In this document: positions 1 to 14,655 of the stretch, piece by piece | Position numbering within the stretch: the first letter of the stretch is position 1 | Layout: the number at the start of each line of letters is the position of its first letter | The notes under the pieces: model-generated | Told to the model about the DNA's origin: nothing | The model's input: only the letters and a program-made list of their open reading frames with translations | The model's database searches: none | Assembly: GCF_009914755.1 (NCBI RefSeq) | Contig: NC_060926.1 | DNA from: the human T2T-CHM13v2.0 reference genome, Homo sapiens | Direction: 5' to 3' (one strand) | Length of the DNA stretch: 64,000 nt | Translations under genes and position numbers: made by a program

Positions 1-2142
1 AATTAGAGAGCTGACTATAAAATATAATTAAAAGTAAGCAATATGTAAAATATCTTTAAAACATTTTTATTCATGAAAGCCATTTGGTTCTCAACAGAAT
101 GGCCTCATTTATCCAGAAATCTCACTATGTTCAAAATGACTCATTTCTATAGGCTGGTTTTAATTGTATTTGTAAGATAACATGACCTGGTATGCAAAAC
201 AAAAAGACTTAAGAATACAATATAAATACTATCATGAATTAACACAGCTTTTTACATCATAAAAACCTGCTAAAAATCAAAAACTTCTGCCACTGTGATT
301 ATTACTGTATTAGCAAATTATTAATAGAAGTGTAAAACCCCAAAAAAGCAACTTAAACCAAAATAACTAAACCTAGACTACTCAACAACAATAAAAACCC
401 AAAGAGCTCTTTACCATTAGCTACACTAATTTTCTGTTTTTCCAGTCAATTTATGAGGCAGGAAATGCGTCTGTGAGATCCATATGCTTTGTTCCCAACG
501 CTAAAGAGAACAATTTCTACTTCTGTGAATATTAAAATAGCTTCAATAATTGTAGGAAATCTAAAAATAAATGGGAATTAGTACTGTACTGTCGCAAAAT
601 GATTTTAACCAAACTCTTCAATGCGGTACAAAACTAAAGTGACCTACTTCAATCTATTGGGAGTTTCCTAATTATTAAACCAAAAATAAGGAGGGAATTA
701 TAATAGCTCTATTTTCAGTTTTTTAAAATACTAAACTAAAAAGGTTTGCTTAGAAATGAACAGAGACGACAGTAACATGTCAAAATCTCCTTCGATAGCA
801 TCCCTACCAAATGTTTCCACTCTCTTATCATCATAAATGCAAAACCAAGGTAAGGATCTAAACACAAATGAAATCTAAATTTACTAGAATTTTTCCCATG
901 GGAAAGAATGCTCTTCAGCAATTTAAACCTTAAGTAGTCTTAAGATCAAAATAATAGCAGCGTAATCAAGTAACAGGCTTCCTCCATAATGACTTGTACA
1001 AAGAAGCAATCAGGACTTGCATCCTTCACCCTAAAAAAAAAACTGCTGTGATTTTAAGAGTATACTAAAAATGTATTTTATCAATATATGTTATAGTGCA
1101 TATACATTTTATGGTAGGGAATTATTACAATAGGTAGTCCATAATTAAGAGATGCACTTAGAAATAAAAGAATCATTCGGAAAAATTCTCTTAGGACAGT
1201 TGTGTAATTTGTCTGCGCCTCTTTTTACAGCTAGTCATGAATGAAATTCTAGATCCTACTATGCCGAACTAACGAAGCCATTGATTGAAAACATTCAAAA
1301 TGGCATGGAAGCGGTAGGGGTGGAGAGAGAAGGGTTGGCTCTCTCTTAAACTCCGAACCCAGCGAGAAAACAAAAATAGCACCATGAAATAGATTTTGTA
1401 TGCAACTATTAAGAGGCTCGGCTGCTGAGAGACATGCATAAACACAGGTATGCACACACACAGGCAAGCCCACACACGCACGGCCCCTTAACCTGCAAAA
1501 TAAGAGGATCTGCAACATCTTTCCAAGAGGGGATCTAGTTTCCAATTCAATGACTCGCCAGTTTACCCATAGGCAAAACCCTGGAGTCTCTAAAAACAGC
1601 CTTGGGAACTATCTAGCCAATATACACTCTGCAGACGCTCGGTCCCTTTCTAGAAATGCGAAATCTGACGAGCAGATCACCGGGCGCGAGGGGAATTTAG
1701 GCGCGTGGGAAGCAAAGGAAGGTCCTGGGGCACGGGTTAAGGCAAGAACGCGAGAGGGATGGAGCTTCGGTTTAGGGAGAAGGGTTGAGGCTGCCTCTCT
1801 GGGCATGAGGGGGGCTGGGCCCGGCCAGTCAGAAGAGCTTGTGCCCAGGATTTGGGGCTGGGGAGGAGGCGGAGGGACAGCGGAGTAACTACGAGGACGA
1901 CCACGAGGATGCTCTCGGGAAATCGTCTAACAAACACCCCACCGTGAAGAAGGGACACAAAGGGGAGGTGAGGGGGGCAGAAGGGGGATGCAGAGTCTCC
2001 CCGGGCGGAGAAAACAGAGGCGAGGACGGGACAGGGGGCCCGAGAGGCGCAGAGAGCCAAGGCAGGACGAACCCACAGAAGGAAAAAGGCACCAGGGGCC
2101 AGAGTCTTGGAGCGCCCGGCTGAGGAGAGGGCAGAACCTTAC
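1..2142 (-). other. PGAP1: PGAP1 intron 1 (partial)
   Basis: Follows the phase-0 GT donor; no continuation of PGAP1 coding sequence seen before the window edge. Confidence 0.88.
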
Positions 2143-2289
2143 CTGATACTCCGGGTACTCAAACATGTAGCTCATACTGCACTTATTCTCCTCGAAGCCG
2201 AAGAAGACATCCCACAGCCCCAGGGTTGCCAGAAAGACCATGAAGACATAAAACGCCAGGTTCCAGAGATTAACTGAGTGAAGAAACAT
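2143..2289 (-). CDS. PGAP1: PGAP1 coding exon 1 (GPI inositol-deacylase, codons 1-49)
   Basis: Translates to [49 protein letters not shown], the recognisable PGAP1 N-terminus (TM helix then ENKCSMSYM). ATG at 2289 in context GGCACCATG; 147 nt; ends at donor CAG|GTAAGG (GT at 2142-2141). Confidence 0.96.
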
Positions 2290-2292
2290 GGT

Positions 2293-2322
2293 GCCGCCAC
2301 CACCGCCGCCGCCGCCGCCGCC
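2293..2322 (-). repeat. GGC/CCG trinucleotide repeat in the PGAP1 5' UTR
   Basis: Plus strand gccgccaccaccgccgccgccgccgccgcc, about 6 pure CCG units plus interrupted units, immediately upstream of the ATG. Confidence 0.93.
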
Positions 2323-2418
2323 CCCTCTACCTCCTTCTCCGCCGCGGGGCCCCAAGCCCGGACTGAGCGTGCTAGACACTGTCCGACCGCCACCCCCGGA
2401 GCCGAGCCCCAGCCGCGC

Positions 2419-2473
2419 GCGCCTGCGCTGATGCCCGGCCTGCCCGTTCGCCAGCCGCGCAGTGCGCCTGCGC
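2419..2473. promoter_or_regulatory. Two NRF1-type motifs
   Basis: GCGCCTGCGC at 2419-2428 and TGCGCCTGCGC at 2463-2473, matching the GCGCA(T/G)GCGC family, just upstream of exon 1. Confidence 0.65.
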
Positions 2474-2580
2474 GCACCAGGTCCGCGGCGCCTCTGGCCT
2501 GGCGACTCCCAGAGCCGAGGGAGGAGTAGGTGTTGCAGCGCGAGCGCGGATCTACGGGAAAGAGAAAGAGGGAGAAAGCA

Positions 2581-2607
2581 GGGTGGGCTGGGCTGGAGGG
2601 TGAGGGG
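2581..2607 (+). promoter_or_regulatory. G-quadruplex-forming motif
   Basis: GGGtGGGctGGGctggaGGGtgaGGGG: five G3+ runs with loops of 1-5 nt. Confidence 0.6.
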
Positions 2608-3491
2608 AAAGAAGGGAAGTGGGGAGGGAAAGACGCGAGGAGTGGCTGGCGGGAGGGAAAGAAGAGAGAGAGAGGAAGCATCCAGAGGGGGATGGGCGGA
2701 GCGCGGGAGCCCTGGAGACGAGCCGGGGGATTGGGCAGGAGGCGGGTGTCAGATGGGTGAATCTGGGGAGGGGACTAGAGCCCAGAGTCCAGAGGCGATT
2801 AAGGACCGAGAGCGGACCGAGAGAGGGGAGGAGGACTTAAAAGCCCAGGGGTCATCAGCTGTCACCTCGCAAACGCCTCTCCCTGCGGCAGTTTAAAAAC
2901 GCTTCCCGTTCAATTTTGAAAAGACTCAGGCCTCCGCAATTTCGGTTTTCCCAACGGTAGTAGAGCACACTCACAGCTCTCTGGAGCAGTTAGCTTGAAG
3001 AGGGAACAAATGGCTTTATTTTCCCTCTTCTACCGCCTACTTGGGCCCAGTAGGTAACAGCGCTTAAAAGCACCGGCTCATTAAAAAAAAAAAAAAAAAC
3101 ACCCGCAAGCCGACGAGATTCTGCTCTTGGTATCAGATGAAAGCCTGAATCACAAAAAGCATCGTTAGTCCTTAAAATATGTTACCAAAATATCTATTAG
3201 CACTGACGTCCCCAACAGGTATCTGCGTAATCAGTTTGACGCTGACTCGCCTTGCTCTCCAGAACCTCCATCTCTTGGGGAATGGGTTCCACGTTAACTG
3301 GAGGAGGCAATTTCGTCCAGCTTCCATTCAAACTCGCAAATGACTTAATTCGTTTTGAAGAATTTCGGTTCTGTTTTGTACAAAGGAGGAGTTTTTAAAA
3401 AAAGCTCGAAATCAATCACTTGTAGCAGCTTCAAAACACTAGAATGTTAGGAAAAAGACATCACTCTTTAAAGCTGACTCAACAGTAGACG

Positions 3492-3513
3492 GTGTGTGTG
3501 TGTGTGTGTGTGT
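3492..3513. repeat. (GT)n microsatellite
   Basis: About 11 GT units. Confidence 0.95.
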
Positions 3514-3956
3514 AGTAACCACAGGATTCTTAGAATGGTCTTTGGCACTAAATGAATTTCATTGAACTTGGGCTGATTTTCTGGTATATTTTCTGTGCAG
3601 AGGAAGTTTGGCTACAATACATAAAATCAAAGAATTTTAAAACCAAAAGGAAGCTTATAGTTTATCTTGTACAACACCCTGATGTTCAGATTACGAAACT
3701 ATGAAGAAGAAGTGGAGTGATCCTGAAAATCAAGATAGTCTTTACCCTGCACAGAAACAGTTGCAAGTCTAAACAAACACAGCTAGCTACGGAATGTGGA
3801 GTATTGACGGAGAAAGACAGAAATGGGAAAATGCGGAAGCAGTCTCCTTTTTTGTAGGGAGATAAGTCTGGAAAGACCAGGATAACAGGGGAGCTGTAGG
3901 TGGTACTGATCAGGAGGGCAATTAAGTAATATGTCATTGAAGTAAGTCCTGTATGA

Positions 3957-4737
<781 letters not shown>

Positions 4738-5164
4738 GAAATTCTTTATGAAGTGGTGATTTCACTTGGGAATGTCATGTCTGTTATATTCTATTAATAG
4801 GTATAGAATGTGTTAAATTTGTAGAATTACACCAACATGACTGGATTATCAAGAAGAACCCATTTTGATCGCAAGATGTTAAGAGATAAATGTGATAAAG
4901 AGGAATATATACTATAGGGTTTTGACATTGTTGACCATAAAAGAGAATGCATGTGGGGTTTGGGATGCAATTACCAGTGAGTGCAGAGGATTACAAATCA
5001 TTTGGGGAAGGCTTTAAGTTATAAATAAAAAGGGGGGAATACATTGAGTCTGGGTGCTAAAGAACATCAAAGGCAGAACGTCTCCTCTTTATTTCTCCTA
5101 GCATGTTAGGAGTAGTATTATGACAAATAAACCCAGGGTGAATCCATACTCCCTCATCTCTATC

Positions 5165-5637
<473 letters not shown>

Positions 5638-6079
5638 ACGGACCTGTACTGCCTGAGGACTCTGTTCTATGGAGAAATCCCTGAACTCCAAGATGACAGA
5701 GCTTCCTCTTTTGGTGGCCTTCATGAGTTGTGGCAACTAGCTGCATTGACTGTTCACTCAGAAAGGAGTGGGATAGAGAGTCAATGGATTCTTCATGTTT
5801 GTAATCTTTCTATCCTAATTTTTTACTGTCTTTTCTCCTATCCATCATTATCCACTCCTAGCTTTACTTTTATATCTAACCTAACCCTACTGAGCATCAC
5901 TTCAACCACCCTCTGCCAGAGCTGTCAACTGTCTTGACCGCTTGTCTTTCTATCCCACTCTACTTACAAACTTCCAACCTTGGGACAATATAATCTGGCT
6001 CTGAGCTCTGACACTACTGTATCTGACTACTGCTAGAGAAAATGACACAGTCATTTGAATTAACTCTTCAAAAATACTT

Positions 6080-6373
<294 letters not shown>

Positions 6374-6599
6374 TTATATATGTTTCTGGTCACCACCTTC
6401 CTCTTCTATATTTCAGACCACCACTTTTTAAGTTCCCTGCCACTTTTTAAGCTCCCTACATTTCTTCTTCCTTCTCTTTTAGTAGGTTTTTAGTACATAA
6501 CCTTATCTTCATATTACAGAGATAATTTTGATTTTCAGATGCACATTGCTTCAGCTTCTCATTCCTAAGTTCATTATCTTCACCCAGTCCTAATTCAGT

Positions 6600-7250
6600 T
6601 AATACATCTGAAGTGTTTGGCACAATGACTGGCATATAGTAAGCATTACCATGGTACTTTGCTATCCTTAGAGGACATAAAAAGCACATCTCTCTAGCTA
6701 TGTTTTATGTTCCCATCTCATGCTCCTTTCTTTTCAGGAAGTTAGTTCTATCAGGTTAAGGGCTCTATCAATCTCTCCCTTTCTATCCTCCCTCCCCAAA
6801 GCATATAAATATGTGTTGTTGTTTTTTTTCAAAAATCTTCCTCGTGGCTCTCACCTGTAGCTCTTCTCATCTCAGTCAGGATTCCTAAAGATGTGATCAA
6901 TACTTATGTCTAATTCCTCATCTCCCCTTCATGTCTCAGCTACACTGTAATTTTTGCCCCCCTCCCACTCCCATGAAACTTTTCTTGCAAAGGTAACCAT
7001 TGACCTAATTACCAAATCCAGTTTACACTTTTCAGTCTTACTTGATCCTTCTACTACATTTGCCACTTCTTTCTTAAAACAATGCCCTCCATTGTCTTCT
7101 GTAACATCATTTTCCACTGGTTTTCTCCTGTTGATGTAGCCTCTCAGTCTCCATCTCATGTGACTTACTTTTTTTACTTATCCCTTACATTTTATTAATC
7201 CCATGATTTTATTCCCAGTCATCATTCTACTTTCCAGCAAAAATCCTTTA
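6600..7250. mobile_element. Degenerate L2 fragments
   Basis: ggcacaatgactggcatatagtaagc and the pyrimidine-rich cttgcaaaggtaaccattgaccta...aaatcca...ttttcagtctta are typical of L2. Confidence 0.5.
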
Positions 7251-8097
7251 GTGGCCCCTCAGAGCGTGAACTCTAGTCAGGATTCTTTTGGTTGCAAGAA
7301 CACAAACTAACTCCAGTTAAAATGGGGATTTTTTTTTTTAAGGTAAAAAGGAACTTGGGAATCCAGAATAAGCTGACAAGTTAGTACACATGCCGACTTC
7401 AGGGTGTACACAGTTCCCTCATGGCCACTCCCAACTCCAAATTTAACCAACCTTTTAGCTAGTCACTACTGGTTATAACTCCTCTTGTCAATTTAGATCC
7501 AAATCCTGCTTTGGAGGTTGGAAGGTGGGATATCTCTCATTGATCTAGGTGATTCTTTTGAACCAGGACTCACATAGCAAAGACTATTAAATAAAGATTT
7601 AGAGTAAATAGAACTAGAAAGGTAAATAGGAGCCAAAACTGCAGTAAACAGAGTAGAAAAAAGAATATGAGTTTTATACAATAGGTAAGTGGAAGCTACC
7701 GAAATGGGAAGTATTAAGAGCTAATTGTTCAGGAAGATTCAGCTTACATCAAAGTCCAGCTGGACTGCATGGCATAGAGTCTCTAATTCAGACCAACAAG
7801 AACTGTGTATTTAGTCCAGGTAGAAGAATAAAAGAAAAGGAGTTTTTTATATTCTTCATTATAAAGAACTATAAAGAATATTTGGTTAACTAATGAAGAA
7901 CAGGTCAGTCAGCTAAAATGGAAAGGTTCCCAAGATTATATCATTAAGGGAAAGAACAAGGTGCAGAACAGTATATATGTATGTTGTCTTTTGTGTGAGA
8001 GAGAGAAATACTGGAAGGAAAATGAAAGTAAGTGTTACCTAGAGGCAGAGGAAATGAGGTGAAGGGGACAGGAGTAGAAACAAAACTTATCTATGGA

Positions 8098-8099
<2 letters not shown>

Positions 8100-8138
<39 letters not shown>
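8100..8138. repeat. (GT)n microsatellite
   Basis: About 19 perfect GT units. Confidence 0.97.
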
Positions 8139-8141
<3 letters not shown>

Positions 8142-8500
8142 GGTTTGAATGTGTCATAAAGTGCACGTGTTAAAAACTTAATCCCCAATGCAATAGTATT
8201 AGGAGGGTGGGGCTTAATAAGATGTGATTTGGGTCATGAAGGCAGATCATTCATGGATGGATTAATGTTACTATCAAAGGAGCAGGTTAGTTATTGTGTG
8301 AGTGGGTTATTATAAAGCAAGTTTGGCCCCTGGTACCTCTCTCTGTCTTGTGTACTCGCTTCTGCCTTCCATCTTCCACCCATAGGATGACCCTCTCCAG
8401 ATGCCAGCTCTTGGACTTCCTAGCCTCCAAAATCAAATAAACCTATTCTTTATAAATTAATTACCAAGCCTGTAGTACAGCAGCAGAACATGGACTGTCA
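8136..8500 (+). mobile_element. MaLR LTR (MST/MLT1A-like)
   Basis: Starts tgttatggtttgaatgtgtc; contains ttggacttcctagcctcc and aataaacctattctttataaatta. Confidence 0.8.
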
Positions 8501-9142
8501 CCTCTCTATATATCTTTTGACTTTGAACCATAAAAGTGCAGTAGCCAGTAGAAAATAAAATAATTTAAAAGCAATTCTATAATTGAAAATTGAAACAATA
8601 AATTTAACTATAACAAATACTTACGATAAAACTATTGTTAGGAATTCAGATTTTTCAGTGCCAGAGAATAAAGATGCATTAAAAATCAAAGAAAAGTTTT
8701 CAAAGTTGATACAGCCCAAGTGTCTTATAGGTAGTAGGCTGAGGAATACAGACTACCTATTCAAAAGGACAATAAGAAGAAAGGAATTTTGTACAATGGG
8801 GATAATCAGGGGTAATCCCTCGGGGATAATCATCCCTGTCATACAAAAAATGTAGGACTGTAAGGGAAACATTTAGGAAACAAAATTGTATATATAGTTA
8901 TTCTCAACTATACAAAATGCATAGAAAAGTGTCTTCAGGGAATGTGAAAAAATGTTAACACTATTTACCCCTTGGTAATGAGATTATGAATGATCATTTC
9001 AGCGTTCTTTTAATTTTTTCTCTACTTTCCAAAATTGTTTCAATAAAGTTTTAATCGAAACTATTTTATCACTATTACTAATGCAATCACTATATCAAAT
9101 AAATTGAAATTTCGTTCAGACATGTTTACAGTTGTGTTTGGG

Positions 9143-9455
9143 TTTGTTTGTTTGTTTGTTTGTTTTGAGACAGGTTCTCACTCTGTCACCTAGGCTGGAG
9201 TGTAACAGCATGGTCATGGCTCACTGCAGTCTCGACCTCCTGGGCTCAGGTGATTCTCTCATCTCAGCCTCCTGAGTAGCTGGGACTATAGGCATGCACC
9301 ACCACACCTGGCTGATTTTTTGTTTTTGTTTTTGTTTTGTAGAGACAGGGTTTCGCCATGTTGCCCAGGCTGGTCTTGAACTCCTGAGCTCAAGTGTTCT
9401 GCCTGCTTCAGCCTCCCAAAATGCTGGGAGTACAGACTTGAGCCACTGCACCCCT
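9143..9455 (-). mobile_element. Alu (AluJ) with (TTTG)n tail
   Basis: Antisense Alu with J-type tcacctaggc / ctcgacctcctgggctca. Confidence 0.93.
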
Positions 9456-10519
9456 CCTACAAACATATAACATGTTATATCATATTAAAAGTTTTAAAAT
9501 ATATGTCATTATATGATACATTAAAATATCTTAAAATGTATAGATCATAATGTTTAACTTATTATGATTTTGTATTCAGCATTTGAGAAGAGAATTTCCT
9601 GATTTACTGGGAGAATAACCAGTTACATATCACTTTTGGCACCTTTCTTACACTTGGAGAGTGAGGAGAGAAAGCCTACAAATTGGTTATAGCATTTGCA
9701 TTGTAATATCCATTGCTTCTTATATTTTATTCCTCCATGCATAGTTCATTTTTGCTTTTGCTTAATTAGATCTTTGGTAGTTCTTTCAAGAAGGGTTTAT
9801 GGGTAAACTCTCCTAAAATATGTACATCTGAAAATGTTATTATTTCACCCTTCTGTGATAATTTAGTTGCGTATAAAATTCTGGATAGATGGTTCATTTC
9901 CCTCAGTACTTTGAAGATAGTTTTCTATTATTTTCTGACATCTGTTGTTGCTGATAAAAAGTCTATTCACAGTCAGATTGCTATTTTTTTTGTGTGGAAA
10001 AACTGCCTTTCATCTCTGGTCATTTAAAAGATTTTTATTGACATTCTGTAGTTTTCAATATGACATATGAAAAAGAGGAAATATTTAACTGTTTAGGGGG
10101 AAAGGGACCCTGGAGAAGAGTTAGTTATGTACACAATGTTGTAATCGGGACTCTGAGTACTTCTTGGAATATTGAGTGAATGAGTTAATGGATAGATAGA
10201 TGGCTGCAGCTGAAAGAATTGAGAGGGTGGTCTTCCACAATTCAAGGTACTGACAGGCTTTTTGATCATTCTTCAGGTAATGTTTGTTTCTGATACTTTC
10301 TGAAAAGCAGGCAGCTTCATAGTTCACTCAAAACTTACATATGGTGTTAAGGCCATGTTTAGCAGTTTTTTATTTGGATACATGTTCATATGTTTTTATT
10401 TCTTATAGTGTGTATCTCATTTTTAAACAATAGATGAGTTCCTAAGAATTATATGAAATTATAATATTTATAAATTGAAACCTCAGTGAAGATATAATGA
10501 GTACTGGATGAGGAGATAC

Positions 10520-10640
10520 GAGTTCTAGAACTTTCAGTTCTGCCAAGCAGGTATGATTTGGGGCAAGTTCCTCTATTTCTCTAGGCCTCATTTTTTTCAT
10601 ATGTAAAATGAAGGTACTTGACAAATGATTTCTGAAAGTT
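10520..10640. mobile_element. MIR fragment
   Basis: ttggggcaagtt...ctctaggcctcattttttt catatgtaaaatgaag MIR core. Confidence 0.6.
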
Positions 10641-11630
10641 TATGACTTATATTTTAAATGAATCAAAGCTATTTAAACTTTAGTTAATGTAACCTTTCAT
10701 AAAGGAAAAGACCATATTGAAATCATTTGGCAATCATCCCTCAACTGAAATATTTAGTAAAATCATTAGAATATTAGCTTCTTAGAAAACCTTTTACATT
10801 TACTCATTTTATTTACTGGAGGCAAAGACTATTTTCTTAACACAGAGTAACCACCTTCATATTACCTAGATTTTATACACAGGAAGAAGGAATCACGCAG
10901 TCTGGTATGGAAATCTAGTTGTTTTCTAAAACTAATTTCACTAAACTATGCTGATCTCAGTGCCCTTCCCTCACACTATAGGTTTTTAAATTAAGCTTTA
11001 TTTAATTCTTTTCTTTTAAAAAAAATCCCAAATATGTAGTAGATTGACTCTTAGAAGCTTACATTTATTCCACTCAATTGCTTTAAAGCTCTTTCTCAAA
11101 CTTGTTAGTTATACCTCCTAGTGCCTTATATATAATAGGCATTCAATAAAGATTTGTTTTTAACTTATTTGAAAATAAGCCAGATTCTACAGAGTAGAAT
11201 ACAGAGTTCAATAATAAAACCTCACCTTTCCTTTGATGCTTCAAAGCTTAAAAAGAAAATAAGAAAATATAATGCTAGCAACTCTGTGGCTGCCAGCCCT
11301 GTTTCCAAGGAAACAGAGAGTAGATCATCAAAAACAAAATAAGAATTTTCGACCTGATTACCCTTTTTTCACCAGTTCAGTCTCCATTGCTATATAATGA
11401 AAGGCAATATAACGTCAGCCTTGCAATTCAGATTTTTAATTCTGTTTATGCTGTCTCCCACTGTTAAAACCAGCCAAAAAAATTAATCTCTTGGGTTGAA
11501 TGCATGTTTGCTTGCAGAGAGCTAAACTCCTTCACAAGGATGAAGACTACCTTGTCAATATAAAGCACTATGTATATGTACTGAATAATCTAATATGTAT
11601 TCATCTCTAAACTGTCAAATGTTTACATTA

Positions 11631-12013
<383 letters not shown>

Positions 12014-12445
12014 GACTTCTAAAATGAAATATTTTTTTAAAGAGATAAAAAAAGGGTGGGGGACAGAATGCAAAAAGGATAGGAAAGAGCCAAGCAGAAA
12101 TAATTGGATTTTCATTCAAAAGAGAAAAACACCACTATAACTTTGTTCTTTGTTCCACATATTTATACCTACTGTGTATAAAATTATGATCCTGAAAAAC
12201 AACAGCTGCAGATAACAAAATCTTGACTTAGCATTATTATATTACCTAGTAATGTTATATGTTTCATAAGGGCAATATTCCTTTACTGGAAATTTTTAGT
12301 TAAAGCCAAAGGATTTTCTTTGGGGTGAAATGCTCAATCAAAATTTATTTTAATGGAAATACAGTTTAATAGGCTTTAGATGACATAATTTTATATAATG
12401 AATACAGAAATTCAGGTAATAGCTTTAAGGGGAAAGAATGATTAA

Positions 12446-12827
<382 letters not shown>

Positions 12828-13372
12828 GAATTCAAACTTTTCAAAGGCATAAGCTGTGCAAGGGTCTTGGTCACTTTTTATACCTAAACTCGGTGGAGGA
12901 CCTTGTAATTGGAGGTACTTCATAATTATTTTTGAATCCTTTTTTAATAAAGGTTTTAGCTACATTTGGGCCTCTTGCTATGAAATACAAAATCTGTGAT
13001 ATTCAAATATATTTTAATTGTAAATACTAATAGCCAAGGTAGATTATTTACTTTAAACAACTCTTAATACATAAAGTTTTTGAAAAAGACTAGCAGAATA
13101 AAATATTACTGTGGAAAATTAGCTTAGCTAATGAAAAGGACCTAATGTTATAAGAGAATACCAATAATGCGGTTATGTTAAAAGCGGATACCAACAACAT
13201 GTGGAAAAAGCATGTACTTGTCTTGAGAATGGTAAGGAAAAGATAGTGGGTTTGGGTTAAAGCACATATTCATATATTTAAGCAAAGAGTGGAACTTGAT
13301 GAGACCTATGGAAATATTAGTGAAGCATCTGGAAATGTGTTTTTATCTATAGATAAGGAGGTTGGACTAAAT

Positions 13373-13595
13373 CAAGAGTCAGCAAACTTTCTGTAAAGGG
13401 CCAGATAATAAATATTTTTGGCCTTGGGAGCCATAAGGTTTCTGTTGCAGCTAATCAACTCTGCCATTGAGGCATGAAAGGAGCTATAGACAATAGGTAA
13501 ATGAATGATTATACCTGCAATTCTAATAAAATTTTATTTACAAAAACATGCTGTAGGCCAGATTTGGCCTGTTGGCGATGCTTCGTTGACCCTTG
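13373..13595. mobile_element. MER58A-like hAT MITE
   Basis: Terminal inverted ends caagagtcagcaaac ... gttgacccttg; internal ctgtaaagggccagataataaatatttt. Confidence 0.8.
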
Positions 13596-14469
13596 AAGTA
13601 AATGATATCTAATTCTGTATTCTACATTCAATAGTCTACATCTGTGAATGTTAGCATTACTCAACGTGGATTTTCTGATTTTCCAAACTCATTAGACATT
13701 GGTCAAGAAATGTGACTAATGGTGAAATTAGGAGACAAATTTAAGCATTAAATATAATTCAAATTTTAGTTAAATGTGTGTCAATTTAACTAGAGTTCTG
13801 TCTATTTAGTATCACTGTGCATATGTGAAATACGGTGACATTGCTTGATGTAGTGTTATGACTAATTTTATTAATAGATCCATTCTAAATAACTACCTAA
13901 TATATTTTATGAAGCATACTCAAACACATATGGATATAGAAAATCTCTCTATGGAACTTTAAGGCAATATAAATGCTATTAATTTTTAAGAATCTTAGAT
14001 TTCCTCTTACAGGGATGCGAACCAAAGTTATAGTCACTGAAATGTTAGCATGTTTATAGAACAGTATCAGAAAACTAAACTTGCACAAAATTCTACTTTT
14101 GCCATTCTTACCATATGAGTATATCATCTACAAAATTCTTAGTGTATTTCTTCCCTGGTCCTAAGGCTAGGCCACTGAGGAAAAAGATATGATTTTTTAG
14201 AACCTTTCTGTTAAAAACATGGTTAGTCAAGGGTTTCTATAATACTTGAGGGATGAATGCCTTTTTAAGACACAATCTCAGTAAAAATGGGATAATGATG
14301 GAAGCAAATTGACACTTGTAAGAAGGATGGTTGTGGGTATCTTGTTTTCATTGATTAGTTAGCTTTTTAATGCCAAATTACTTTTGACTTAGTAAGAAGC
14401 AGAGGGAGTTTTCAAGGAATTCAAACTCCAGAATAAACTCCTTCTAACTGATAGCATAACGTAAGGAAG

Positions 14470-14655
14470 ACTGGTTCAGTTTTTACCTCTGACCCACTAT
14501 TTTTATTATTTGGGAAGTTATTTAATTTTTCTGAGCCTCAGTTTTCTTATCTGCAAGATGGGAAGAATAATTCTATCCTAGGGGTTGTTGAAAAGATTAC
14601 AGATATCTCTGTGAAGTGCCTGATATGTAATAAGCACTTAAAAAGCTACTATTAC
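14470..14655. mobile_element. MIR
   Basis: ttgggaagttatttaattttt ctgagcctcagttttcttatctgcaagatggg core. Confidence 0.7.

Larger units (their letters stand above)
1630..2960. promoter_or_regulatory. PGAP1: CpG island / PGAP1 promoter
   Basis: High GC and CpG density spanning exon 1, against an AT-rich, CpG-depleted background. Confidence 0.9.

Noticed and set aside
1550-2896. Many 65-150 aa ORFs on both strands around the CpG island
   Set aside because: Expected from stop-codon depletion in GC-rich DNA; low-complexity products. The 1927-2379 ORF simply runs through the exon 1 donor into the intron.
3204-3211. CRE-like TGACGTCC
   Set aside because: Single imperfect motif with no supporting context.
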